DNA of 64,000 nt from Candidatus Eremiobacteria bacterium (GTDB lineage: Bacteria > Vulcanimicrobiota > Vulcanimicrobiia > Vulcanimicrobiales > Vulcanimicrobiaceae). This document shows positions 10,124-18,795 of this stretch, piece after piece. Every line of letters starts with the position of its first letter. Within the stretch, counting starts at the first letter, position 1. Made by a program: the position numbers and the translations under genes. The DNA is taken from contig CAVWUU010000001.1 in NCBI GenBank assembly GCA_963758295.1, positions 736,001-800,000 on the forward strand, given 5' to 3'. The notes below the pieces were generated by a model, which had not been told where the DNA came from, ran no database searches, and worked only from the letters and a program-made list of their open reading frames with translations.

Positions 10124-10972
10124 ATGCGGATTGGACTGCACGTTCGCATGTCGGGCGGCTATGCTTCGGCCGTCGAGCGCGCGACCGAACTCGGCTGTAC
10201 GGCGATGCAAATTTTTTCCAGTAATCCGCGCAGCTACCGGCCGAGCAAAATGGACCTTCCGGGTCTGCAGGCGTTCGCTGAAATGCGAAGGAGTGCCGGC
10301 CTCGATCCGTGCGTGATTCACACGCCGTATCTGATCAATCTCGCCAGTGAAGACCCGAAGGTCTTGAACGGATCGATTGGGCTTTTGAAGAACGATCTCG
10401 CAACGGCGGCTCGCGGCCATATCCGGTACGTCAACACGCATCTCGGCTCGTACGGAAAGCGCGATCGCAACGAAGGATTTGCGGCGATCTGCAATGCGCT
10501 GGAAACGGTCCTCGAAGACATCGACGAAAACGTCGTCCTGGTGCTCGAAAACTCGGCCGGTGCGGGAAGCCTCGCGGGCGGCACGATCGAGGAACTCGGC
10601 CGCTTTGTGAACTCCGTCGATCATCCGCAGCTTGGAGTGTGCCTCGATACGGCGCACGCATGGGCAGCGGGATACGAAATCAATTCGAAGGCCGGTGTCG
10701 ATCGCTTCATCGGCGAGGCGGAAGAGAAGATCGGTCTCGAGCGTTTGCACGTGTTTCACTTCAACGACACGGAAGTGCCGCTTGGCGCCGCGCGAGATCG
10801 TCATTTTCATATCGGCCAGGGTCAAATCGGCTTCGAGGGATTCCGCGCGTTACTCGCTCATCGAGAACTGAGCGACAAAACGGCGATTCTCGAAACGCCC
10901 GGCGAAGATGCCGACGACGAGCGCAACGTTCAAACGATCCTAGCCATCGAGCGCGGGCTTCGAGCCGCCTAG
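10124..10972 (+). CDS. nfo: Endonuclease IV (AP endonuclease)
   Basis: IHTPYLINLAS, LENSAG, CLDTAHAWAAG, HFND, DRHFHIGQG, ILETP. Confidence 0.95.
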   Translation: MRIGLHVRMSGGYASAVERATELGCTAMQIFSSNPRSYRPSKMDLPGLQAFAEMRRSAGLDPCVIHTPYLINLASEDPKVLNGSIGLLKNDLATAARGHIRYVNTHLGSYGKRDRNEGFAAICNALETVLEDIDENVVLVLENSAGAGSLAGGTIEELGRFVNSVDHPQLGVCLDTAHAWAAGYEINSKAGVDRFIGEAEEKIGLERLHVFHFNDTEVPLGAARDRHFHIGQGQIGFEGFRALLAHRELSDKTAILETPGEDADDERNVQTILAIERGLRAA

Positions 10973-10976
10973 CCTT

Positions 10977-12065
10977 ATGTTCGTCGCGCACTTCGACATC
11001 GACGCCTTTTATGCAAGCGTCGCTGTGCGCGACAATCCGAGCTTGCGAGGAAAGCCGGTCGCGATTGCCGGCGACCACCGCCGGTCGGTTGTTTTGACCG
11101 CCTCGTACGAAGCGCGTCCCTTCGGCGTAAAATCGGCGCTGCCGTTGTATCGCGCGCTTGAGCTGTGTCCGCAACTCATCGTGGTGCGCCCGGACATGGC
11201 AAAGTATAAACTGATTTCGCGCGAAGTCTTCGGCGTTTTCAGCGCGCGCGGGCACGCGGTCGAAAGTCTTTCCATGGACGAGGCGTTCGTCGCTTGCGGC
11301 GACGTGTCGCTGGACGAGGCCATTTCACTAGCACGAACCGTTCGCGACGAGGTCCTTGAAAAAACCGGCTTGACCGTAAGTGCCGGCGTTGCAAGCGGAA
11401 AGCTCATCGCAAAAATCGCCTCCGACAATTGTAAACCAAATGGGTTGCTTGCGATCGCACCAGGGGACGAAGAAGCGTTTCTTGCACCTTTGCCCGTTGG
11501 GCGGTTGTGGGGCATCGGCCCGAAGACGGCGATGCGATTGCAGACGCTCGGCATCACGACCATCGGTGAAGTCGCCGCGCTCGACGATGCGCGAGCGAAA
11601 ACCGTCTTCGGCTCCTGGGGACCGGAAGTGCGCGACCTCGCGCGCGGCATCGATCGCCGTGCCGTTGAACCGGAACGTGAAACGAAGTCGATTTCCACCG
11701 AGGAAACATTCGAGTACGACGTCCGCGATTCGCGCAAGCTCATCGAGTTGCTTAAAGAGCAGGCTCGCGAGCTGGCAACGAAGCTCGAACGCGAGGACTG
11801 CAGCGCTTCGACGGTCGGCGTAAAAATCAAACGCGCGGATTTTCGCGTGTTCGGCCGTCAGACGCATCTGCTTGAGCCGACACGCGATGCGCGACGAATC
11901 TTTCGTGCCGCCCTGTACTGCTTGCAGCGGGCTGGGTTGCACGGAACGCCCGTGCGGCTTCTTGGCTTACGCGTCGCGTCGCTTTCGATGGGAACGCCGA
12001 AACAGATCAGCTTCTTCGATGCAGCGCCGGAAAGAACGCCGGCGGCACCGCAACGCCCCTTGTAA
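10977..12065 (+). CDS. dinB: DNA polymerase IV (Y family)
   Basis: HFDIDAFYASV, ASYEARPFGV, SMDEAF, AKIASDNCKPNG, LWGIGPKT. Confidence 0.95.
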   Translation: MFVAHFDIDAFYASVAVRDNPSLRGKPVAIAGDHRRSVVLTASYEARPFGVKSALPLYRALELCPQLIVVRPDMAKYKLISREVFGVFSARGHAVESLSMDEAFVACGDVSLDEAISLARTVRDEVLEKTGLTVSAGVASGKLIAKIASDNCKPNGLLAIAPGDEEAFLAPLPVGRLWGIGPKTAMRLQTLGITTIGEVAALDDARAKTVFGSWGPEVRDLARGIDRRAVEPERETKSISTEETFEYDVRDSRKLIELLKEQARELATKLEREDCSASTVGVKIKRADFRVFGRQTHLLEPTRDARRIFRAALYCLQRAGLHGTPVRLLGLRVASLSMGTPKQISFFDAAPERTPAAPQRPL

Positions 12066-12077
12066 GTGCACGCCGGC

Positions 12078-13037
12078 TTAAATGTGATCGGGACTCCAGA
12101 CGCCGTCGCCGGCGCGCGGTGCGGATGCTTCTGCGATCCAGCGTTGCGCGATCTTCGATAATGGGGCAGCCATCAAGATCGCATCTTTTCGTTTGCGCAC
12201 CGAGGCTTTCGGAAGCACTTCTCTTGCGCCTTCGGGCGGAAGCCATCCCGTGACGCGCTGCAAGTCTCCCGCGGCGCTGCGCAATAACGGACCGACTAAG
12301 TCGCGTGCTTGATCGTCGGCGAAGCCGAACTCGTCAAGGAGATATGCATCGTATTCCGGAGCGCGCAAGCCTAAGACGTAAGCGGCGATTCCTCGTCCGC
12401 GGCGGACTACTAAATTCGTCTGAACGCCTATGGGGTGTTCCGATCGTTGGCGCATCCGCAGAAGAATCCAATCCCACACGAGTGGCGTACGCACAAATCC
12501 CCATGCACGCGATCGTTCGTCGAGATCGTAGCAGCGCTTGACGCCGCTCCAATCGCCTTCTTCCATCGTGCGAACTTCAATGCGCGCTTTCGGCAACGTA
12601 TCGGCGCGTAACGAGATCGCGCGCGACGGCAGCGGCACGAAGCCGATGTCCTGATAAAACTCCGGCCGAATGTCCGAGAAGAGGTACGCCAGGTCGAAGC
12701 CTTCAGCGCGCGAGCTGTCGAGGATCGAGGCAATCATGGCACTCGCATATCCTCGGCCACGAAATTCGGGCGGCGTAAACACCGCGCCGATCCCGACAGC
12801 CTGCAAACGATGCGCGCCGAAATGAATCGTACGCTGATACCGCTTGATGGAAGCCACGAGCGACGTTCCGTCGTAGAAGCCGACGGTTCGATAATGGCGC
12901 CGTCCGTAACCGCTGCGCGCTACTTCTTTCGTATGCGAGACGTAGCTTTCGAAATCACGCCGGCCTGCCCAGAGTTCTGCCGTATGGGGAAGCACCTCGC
13001 GTGCGTAGTCGTCGAACGGAATGTCGGCAAGACGCAT
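12078..13037 (-). CDS. GNAT-family N-acetyltransferase (Eis-like length)
   Basis: Acetyl-CoA motif GIGAVFTPPEFRGRGYAS and FYQDIGF; start overlaps the helicase stop (TAATG). Confidence 0.85.
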   Translation of the reverse strand: MRLADIPFDDYAREVLPHTAELWAGRRDFESYVSHTKEVARSGYGRRHYRTVGFYDGTSLVASIKRYQRTIHFGAHRLQAVGIGAVFTPPEFRGRGYASAMIASILDSSRAEGFDLAYLFSDIRPEFYQDIGFVPLPSRAISLRADTLPKARIEVRTMEEGDWSGVKRCYDLDERSRAWGFVRTPLVWDWILLRMRQRSEHPIGVQTNLVVRRGRGIAAYVLGLRAPEYDAYLLDEFGFADDQARDLVGPLLRSAAGDLQRVTGWLPPEGAREVLPKASVRKRKDAILMAAPLSKIAQRWIAEASAPRAGDGVWSPDHI

Positions 13038-15190
13038 TATTCGACGATGGAGACGCCGGGAAGGCGCGCGTTGCGCAGCTCTTCGAGAAATTCCGGTGCG
13101 GACGTCCCGCGTGTTGCGCGGCCCGACGCCGTTACGAGCAATTCGCCGCTCGAACGGCGCATCGCATACACGAATGCGCGTCGTTCTTCGGCGTTATAAT
13201 GCTCGCGCACTTTCGACGAGAAAAGATAATAGCTGAATTTAGCGGTGCGGGAAGCACGTGCGTCGCCGACGTTGTCCTTCGGGATCATTCCCAGCTTCGG
13301 ACTGAACATGAACGAGTCGGGCACGTACCACCGCGGAAACGATCCGGCGCGCGCATCGGGAAGCACTACGTAGCGGAAGCTGCGGCCGCGTGCGGCGTCG
13401 ATCGAGAGGATGCGTACGAAGCCCGACGTCGCCGAATCTTCGCATGCTTCGAGATCGCTCGCGGCACGTGCGTCGGCGTAAGCCAAAATGTCACCCAGAT
13501 TTGCGGCCGGATTCCGTTCTGCGTAGTGCGTGAGCCGCTCCAACAACCGGGCGAGGATCAAGCGTTGCGCCGACACGCGAGCTGATCTGGGCGGGCCCTC
13601 CGGCGCGAGGCCTTCGCTCCATACCAGGCGGACGAAATCGGCGAACGGCAGCGCGCACATTGCGCCCACCCAACCTTCGCGTTGCGAGCGGAAGCGCCGG
13701 ACGCGCTCGCACGCCACATCGGTCAGCGCACCATCCTGCTCTCCGCGAATCACATTCCACCCAAGACGGAGATCGCGCTTGGGGTCCCAGCGCCCCGAGC
13801 GTTGCGTCGGCGGATTCTCTTCGTCGATCTGAAACAGGGCCGTCTGCGCGTTGGGCGGTTCAGAGCACAGCTTCGAAACGCTCGAATCCGAAAGCGCGAG
13901 CGCGTGACCGGAAAGCGTGCGCAGCATCCAGGCGTGCTTGAACGGGTCCCAGACGTTCCACAGCAGGCCGAGCGCATCGAGCACGCGTTTGTCGCCGAAG
14001 ATGTTGAAATCGCCGGCCGCAATAACCGGCACATTTCTTTCCAGAAGCGCTTCTTCGTACGCATGCACGTCCGCGGTCGAGCGAAAGACGAGCGCTACGT
14101 CATCAGGCGCAATGCCGCGATCGAGCGCTTCCCGTACGCGAAGCGCAATGAACTTTGCTTCGTCGTCTTCGGATTTCGCGCGATGCAACACGATTGCCGG
14201 AGCAACGTTCGAGGCGGCAATGCGCTCCGTTTCCGCGCACAACCGGCGGCTCGCAATTTCGAGCGCAAGCGGGCTGCGGCGTTGTTCGGTAAGCACCACT
14301 CGAACGGTAGCCGCGGCAAAGGCGTGTTCCGGGCGGGCGCCTCGGAACGTATTCGTTGCGCTTGCCGGATCGCCGGCGAGCGTAACGCCCAACAGGTTCG
14401 GACTGTAAACCGCTTGCAGCAAAGACGTTTGCGCCGGCGTCAAGTCTTGCGCTTCATCCACGAACGCAAGCCGGTGGCGTTCCCGTAAGGCGGCGGCGAT
14501 GTGAGGAGTCATGCACGCGAGCGCATGCGCCACGGCATCACGGGCCGTTAGCGTCTTACGGGCTTCCAGCGTTTTGATGTAAGTGCCGTATAACTGCGCT
14601 AAGATCTTCGCGAGATCGACTTCACGCCGGTACTGGCGCTGAAGTTCGCGTACGTCGACGTCAAGCGAATCGCGATACGCATCTTTGGTTCCGTGAATGA
14701 GATCGGGATGCGCGAAATTTGGCGGCTTCGCATAAAAATTGGTCGCTCCCGTCAGCGAGGCGTCCAGAAAGCGCGCCGGGTCGATGGCCGCATCGCGCAA
14801 TTTTCTAAATAAACGGAACGCTGAAACGAGGAAGCGTTCGGGAGAGCGAAGACCGGGAATTTCCGGATCCAGCTGGCCCGCGGTAAATTCGTCCCATTCG
14901 AGCGCGAAGAGCTTTTCCGCCGCCCCGGCAAAGATCAGCTCCGCTTCGACATCGTCGATCAGCGTGATAGGGTCGCCCGCTTCCGCCAAAACCAGCTTCG
15001 CGAGTTCGACGAGTTCCCCGGGATGCGAAAAAAGAAGTGTCGAGGTCCAATTTTCAGCGCGCGCCCGTCTAAGACGAGCGTTCAGCGCAGTGGATTTTCC
15101 GGTCCCTGGTGCGCCGGCGATAACCACGCAGGCGTCCCACGCCGCGTCGATCGCCTCGCGTTGCGCGCCGTCGACTTCGTAAGAAATCAT
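13037..15190 (-). CDS. UvrD/AddA/AdnA-like superfamily 1 helicase with degenerate motifs
   Basis: Walker A GAPGTGKS, Walker B VDEAQD, GDPASATNTFRGA, EQRRS, VALVFRS, SIDAARGRSF, EERRAFVYAMRRS. Confidence 0.8.
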   Translation of the reverse strand: MISYEVDGAQREAIDAAWDACVVIAGAPGTGKSTALNARLRRARAENWTSTLLFSHPGELVELAKLVLAEAGDPITLIDDVEAELIFAGAAEKLFALEWDEFTAGQLDPEIPGLRSPERFLVSAFRLFRKLRDAAIDPARFLDASLTGATNFYAKPPNFAHPDLIHGTKDAYRDSLDVDVRELQRQYRREVDLAKILAQLYGTYIKTLEARKTLTARDAVAHALACMTPHIAAALRERHRLAFVDEAQDLTPAQTSLLQAVYSPNLLGVTLAGDPASATNTFRGARPEHAFAAATVRVVLTEQRRSPLALEIASRRLCAETERIAASNVAPAIVLHRAKSEDDEAKFIALRVREALDRGIAPDDVALVFRSTADVHAYEEALLERNVPVIAAGDFNIFGDKRVLDALGLLWNVWDPFKHAWMLRTLSGHALALSDSSVSKLCSEPPNAQTALFQIDEENPPTQRSGRWDPKRDLRLGWNVIRGEQDGALTDVACERVRRFRSQREGWVGAMCALPFADFVRLVWSEGLAPEGPPRSARVSAQRLILARLLERLTHYAERNPAANLGDILAYADARAASDLEACEDSATSGFVRILSIDAARGRSFRYVVLPDARAGSFPRWYVPDSFMFSPKLGMIPKDNVGDARASRTAKFSYYLFSSKVREHYNAEERRAFVYAMRRSSGELLVTASGRATRGTSAPEFLEELRNARLPGVSIVE

Positions 15191-16524
15191 CGTCCGAACT
15201 TCTCGCGTTCTTCATGCGGACGATCGATGCAGGAAACTTGGTACGCGCAGTACGTGCATGCCGAGGGATCTTCCGCAACGGGGAAACGCTGCAATTCACC
15301 TGAGGTCAGATCCCGGCAGATTTCGATCATTCGCGCGCGGGCCCGTTCGAGGTCGGCGACCGAAATCGTTCCGTTCGGAGCGTCGTCGCGGCGCGCAGAC
15401 GACGTCGTCGGAAGCGGTACGACTTCGAGTGAAACGGGCTGTACGTCGGCGAGCGCGTCTTTCAAGGGAATCAACGCGAGCCGCGAAACCCGATCGCCCT
15501 CGGCCGTTCTGGCCCAGTAGTAAAACGGCAGCTGGAAGTCTTTGAACCGTTGAACTTTTTGACGATACTCGGCGGCGGTCGTGGCGATCGTCCCGGTCTT
15601 ATAATCGATGATGGAGACCGTGCCCGTTGCATCGTCGCGATCTAAACGGTCGATGTACCCGACGAAGGCGAACCCGTCTAAATCCAAATTTGCGCCTATC
15701 TCGCGCCCGATGACGGTAAAAGGTGCGCGGCGCGATTGCGAGAGCAGCCAGTCGACGTAACGTTGCGCCGTCCGTTGGGCCCGGCGCTTGTGCAATTCCA
15801 CTTCTACGGCCGTCGCAAAGTCGTTACGATAGCGCTCGAAAGCCCAATTGACGTAGCCTTCGACCTTTTTACGCATCTCCGGTTCGAGCGACGCTTCGGG
15901 ATGCGGAAACTCGCCGTGGAAATCTTCAAGCGCCGCATGAAACGCCGTTCCGTACGTTGACGCGGACGAGCCCGGATCTTCAACGGCCGAACAAACGTAG
16001 CGGTAATACCATTTGCGCGCGCATTCGGCGTACGCATTCAGCGCCGATGCGCTAAAGTGCGACTGGCGCGCGCGAACGCCGTTCGGGGGCTCGGCATCGG
16101 CAGCTTCGGCCAACTCTAATGCCGGAGGTGCTGAAGGGGGCGCGCTTGCGGCCATAGGTGCAAAGCGCTCGTCTACGTACGTCGAAAGGTCTTCCTGCGA
16201 GGGGCGCGTCTCAGCGAAACTGCGAACCGATGTGGCGGCATCCGCAAAGGCAAGCACGGTGTCGCGCTCTTGCGGCGGCAACGCAAGACGACCGCGGCCG
16301 ATTGCATCCAGCAACGGGCCGGCGCGTTGAGCGACAGTTGCATATGCGGCCGCTATGTCGTGTGGAACACCCGACCGCGGCGAGCGCAAAGCACGAATGA
16401 GAAAAACATCGTTTCCGGTACGGCACCATGTCGTGAGGTCGGCAACGAATGCACGGTCGAGAGCATCCACGATAGATGAAGATGGGTTAGGGGTCGCACC
16501 AGGCACCCCTGCATAGGAGGTCAA
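15187..16524 (-). CDS. PD-(D/E)XK RecB/AddB-type nuclease with a predicted 4Fe-4S cluster (start uncertain: TTG 16524 or GTG 16506)
   Basis: FSASALNAYAEC, GTAFHAALE, GYIDRLD, IIDYKTG, FQLPFY, CTYCAYQVSC; stop overlaps the helicase start (ATGA). Confidence 0.85.
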   Translation of the reverse strand: MTSYAGVPGATPNPSSSIVDALDRAFVADLTTWCRTGNDVFLIRALRSPRSGVPHDIAAAYATVAQRAGPLLDAIGRGRLALPPQERDTVLAFADAATSVRSFAETRPSQEDLSTYVDERFAPMAASAPPSAPPALELAEAADAEPPNGVRARQSHFSASALNAYAECARKWYYRYVCSAVEDPGSSASTYGTAFHAALEDFHGEFPHPEASLEPEMRKKVEGYVNWAFERYRNDFATAVEVELHKRRAQRTAQRYVDWLLSQSRRAPFTVIGREIGANLDLDGFAFVGYIDRLDRDDATGTVSIIDYKTGTIATTAAEYRQKVQRFKDFQLPFYYWARTAEGDRVSRLALIPLKDALADVQPVSLEVVPLPTTSSARRDDAPNGTISVADLERARARMIEICRDLTSGELQRFPVAEDPSACTYCAYQVSCIDRPHEEREKFGR

Positions 16525-16536
16525 ATCGCGCGAACA

Positions 16537-17103
16537 ATGCGGCGGATTATTCTCGGAATCAGCGGTGCAAGCGGCAGCGCGTACGGTTATATGGCACTGC
16601 AGGCCTTGCGCGCAATCGGAGGCGTCGAGACGCATCTCGTCGTGAGCGACGCGGCGCGCCGCACGATCTCGCTCGAGATGGACATGAGTCCCGAGGATTT
16701 CGAAGCCTTGGCCGACGTCGTCCATCGGGACGACGACCTTGCGTCCGCAATTTCGAGCGGCTCCTTCATAACCGACGGGATGCTGGTCATTCCTTGTTCG
16801 ATGAAGAGCGCAAGTGCGATCGCCTACTCTTTGAACGACAATCTTTTGGTGCGCGCCGCGGACGTCTGCTTGAAGGAGCGACGGAAGCTGGTCCTTGTCG
16901 TGCGTGAAACGCCGCTGCACTTAGGGCATTTGCGAACGCTCACGCAGCTGGCAGAAATAGGCGCGGTGATTCTGCCGCCCATTCCGGCCATGTATGCGAA
17001 TCCGCAAAGCGTGGACGACATCATCGCTCACACCGTAGGCAAAGCGCTCGATCAATTCGGAATCGCGAACGACCTATTCAAACGCTGGCGGACACCGGAG
17101 TAA
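16537..17103 (+). CDS. ubiX: Flavin prenyltransferase
   Basis: ILGISGASG, ISSGSF, PCSMKS, RAADVCLKERRKLVLVVRETP. Confidence 0.95.
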   Translation: MRRIILGISGASGSAYGYMALQALRAIGGVETHLVVSDAARRTISLEMDMSPEDFEALADVVHRDDDLASAISSGSFITDGMLVIPCSMKSASAIAYSLNDNLLVRAADVCLKERRKLVLVVRETPLHLGHLRTLTQLAEIGAVILPPIPAMYANPQSVDDIIAHTVGKALDQFGIANDLFKRWRTPE

Positions 17104-17106
17104 CGT

Positions 17107-17880
17107 TTAGGTTTCGGCAACGAGCCTTTCGGCCAAGGCAACGTCACTGATACGATCGACGTTTACGCCCGTTTCGGCGAACGGCGACACGATCGCCCGA
17201 ACCGGCGCGCCCAGCAGATGAGATGCGCGGTTCTCGGCTTGAGCGACGGTGAGCCGGCGAAACGCAAACCGAAAAACCATATCCCAGCCGAATAATGAAG
17301 CCAAGTGCAGCGGGTTCTTGCGCGCGGCTCCCAAGCGTTCGATGAAACGCTCGAGATGTGGGAGCACTCGCGGTTTGATCGCGATCATGCCGCCGCCGCA
17401 ATACGTGCCGTCGCGCAGTCGCGCCCATGTGTGCGGAACTTCCGGAAACCGCGCCATATGGACGGACCGTTCCAGACATCCATAGCCCACGTCGGGATCC
17501 AGCTTGCGCGCTCGTGAGACGAAGTCGTCGACGGCCGCGACGGTAAGAATCGGTAAATCCGATGCGACGACGATCGCAAGCTCGTCCAGTGGCAATCCCG
17601 CGAGTCCGTTTCGCAGACTTTCGCTAATCTTTACGCCGTCGGGCCGTTTTTCGTTGGCAAGCGCCAAAGCCGGATGCTCGTGTGCGGCGATCGGCGCCAC
17701 GGCGATAATGCGATCGATCGACGCGCTCGCCTTTAAGGGACGCATCGTTCGTTCCACGAGCGTCACGCCGTCGATCAATACGAAAGCTTTATTGGGCGCC
17801 CCGTTTTGGAGGTGCGCGACGTCGTCGGGCGGTCCTCCGGCGAGCACAACGGCCGCCGTCATCGGTTTGCGCTCCGCCAT
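17107..17880 (-). CDS. MobA-like nucleotidyltransferase family protein
   Basis: AVVLAGG...NKAFVLIDG, VASDLP, VNVDRISD. Confidence 0.75.
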   Translation of the reverse strand: MAERKPMTAAVVLAGGPPDDVAHLQNGAPNKAFVLIDGVTLVERTMRPLKASASIDRIIAVAPIAAHEHPALALANEKRPDGVKISESLRNGLAGLPLDELAIVVASDLPILTVAAVDDFVSRARKLDPDVGYGCLERSVHMARFPEVPHTWARLRDGTYCGGGMIAIKPRVLPHLERFIERLGAARKNPLHLASLFGWDMVFRFAFRRLTVAQAENRASHLLGAPVRAIVSPFAETGVNVDRISDVALAERLVAET

Positions 17881-18728
17881 TCCGGCGTGGGAGCGAAGGC
17901 GGACACAAAACGGGCGAACGCGTCGGGAAGATCTAGGCGCTCCCCAAGCGCTTCGATTTCCGAACGGTCCTGCGCGATCGTGAATACGGCTGACCCTGAG
18001 CCGGAAAGAAGCGCGTTCTTTGCGCCGGCTGCTTTCAGCGCATCAACCGCGTGCGCGACCTCCGCCGTCTTCTCTACGATTGCGTCGTGGAAGTCGTTCA
18101 TCATCAACGTTTGCACGCCGGCAAAATCGGCGCGCTGTAACGCGGCTATCATGGCCAGAGAAACGGAACTGTTCCGCGGGCGGGAGGGGCGTTCGATGCG
18201 ATCGAGTTCGCCATAAGCTTCGGCCGTCGATACGGCTGCGGGCGGCTTCACAACGAGCACGTGCCACGCCGGCAGCGTCCCGAGCGCTGTAACGCGTTCT
18301 CCGGTGCCCTCGACCAAAGCCGCGCTTCCCGTTAAAAAAAATGGAACGTCGGAGCCGAGCGAGCGCGCCATCGCCACCCAATCCGGTTGCAGAATGCTGC
18401 CGAACGCACCGTTCATTGCGGCGCGTAGCACGGCGGCGGCATCGCTCGAGCCTCCGCCCATTCCCGCCTGCGTTGGAATTCGTTTTGAAAGCGCAATGCG
18501 CACGGCCGGTTCTGATTGGATCGCAAACGCGGCCTTTACGACGAGATTATCGTCGCCGCACAATGATCCGTTATCGCACGAAAACGAGAATGTGTTCGCC
18601 GGTTCGACGATAAGCTCGTCATAAACGGCAACCGGCACCATGACGGAGCGTAGCGCATGATACCCATCCGGACGACGGTTCAGCACTTCGAGCGTAAGAT
18701 TTATTTTAGCGGGACATAGGAGCTTCAT
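17859..18728 (-). CDS. ispE: 4-diphosphocytidyl-2-C-methyl-D-erythritol kinase
   Basis: PAKINLTL, KRIPTQAGMGGGSSDAA, LGSDVPFF, LSGSGS; start at ATG 18728. Confidence 0.95.
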   Translation of the reverse strand: MKLLCPAKINLTLEVLNRRPDGYHALRSVMVPVAVYDELIVEPANTFSFSCDNGSLCGDDNLVVKAAFAIQSEPAVRIALSKRIPTQAGMGGGSSDAAAVLRAAMNGAFGSILQPDWVAMARSLGSDVPFFLTGSAALVEGTGERVTALGTLPAWHVLVVKPPAAVSTAEAYGELDRIERPSRPRNSSVSLAMIAALQRADFAGVQTLMMNDFHDAIVEKTAEVAHAVDALKAAGAKNALLSGSGSAVFTIAQDRSEIEALGERLDLPDAFARFVSAFAPTPEWRSANR

Positions 18729-18795
18729 CTGAGGCACGAGCCGTATTCCGGTTGCTTCAAAGGGGAGCCTGCGCAAAGAGCGTAGTGCAGGCGCC

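Noticed and set aside
15187..16524. Cas4 or CRISPR interpretation of the Fe-S nuclease
   Set aside because: No repeat-spacer array or other cas gene; the size and helicase partner fit an AddB/Adn-type nuclease.
16525..16920. N-terminal extension of the 577-aa nuclease ORF
   Set aside because: Antisense shadow of ubiX.
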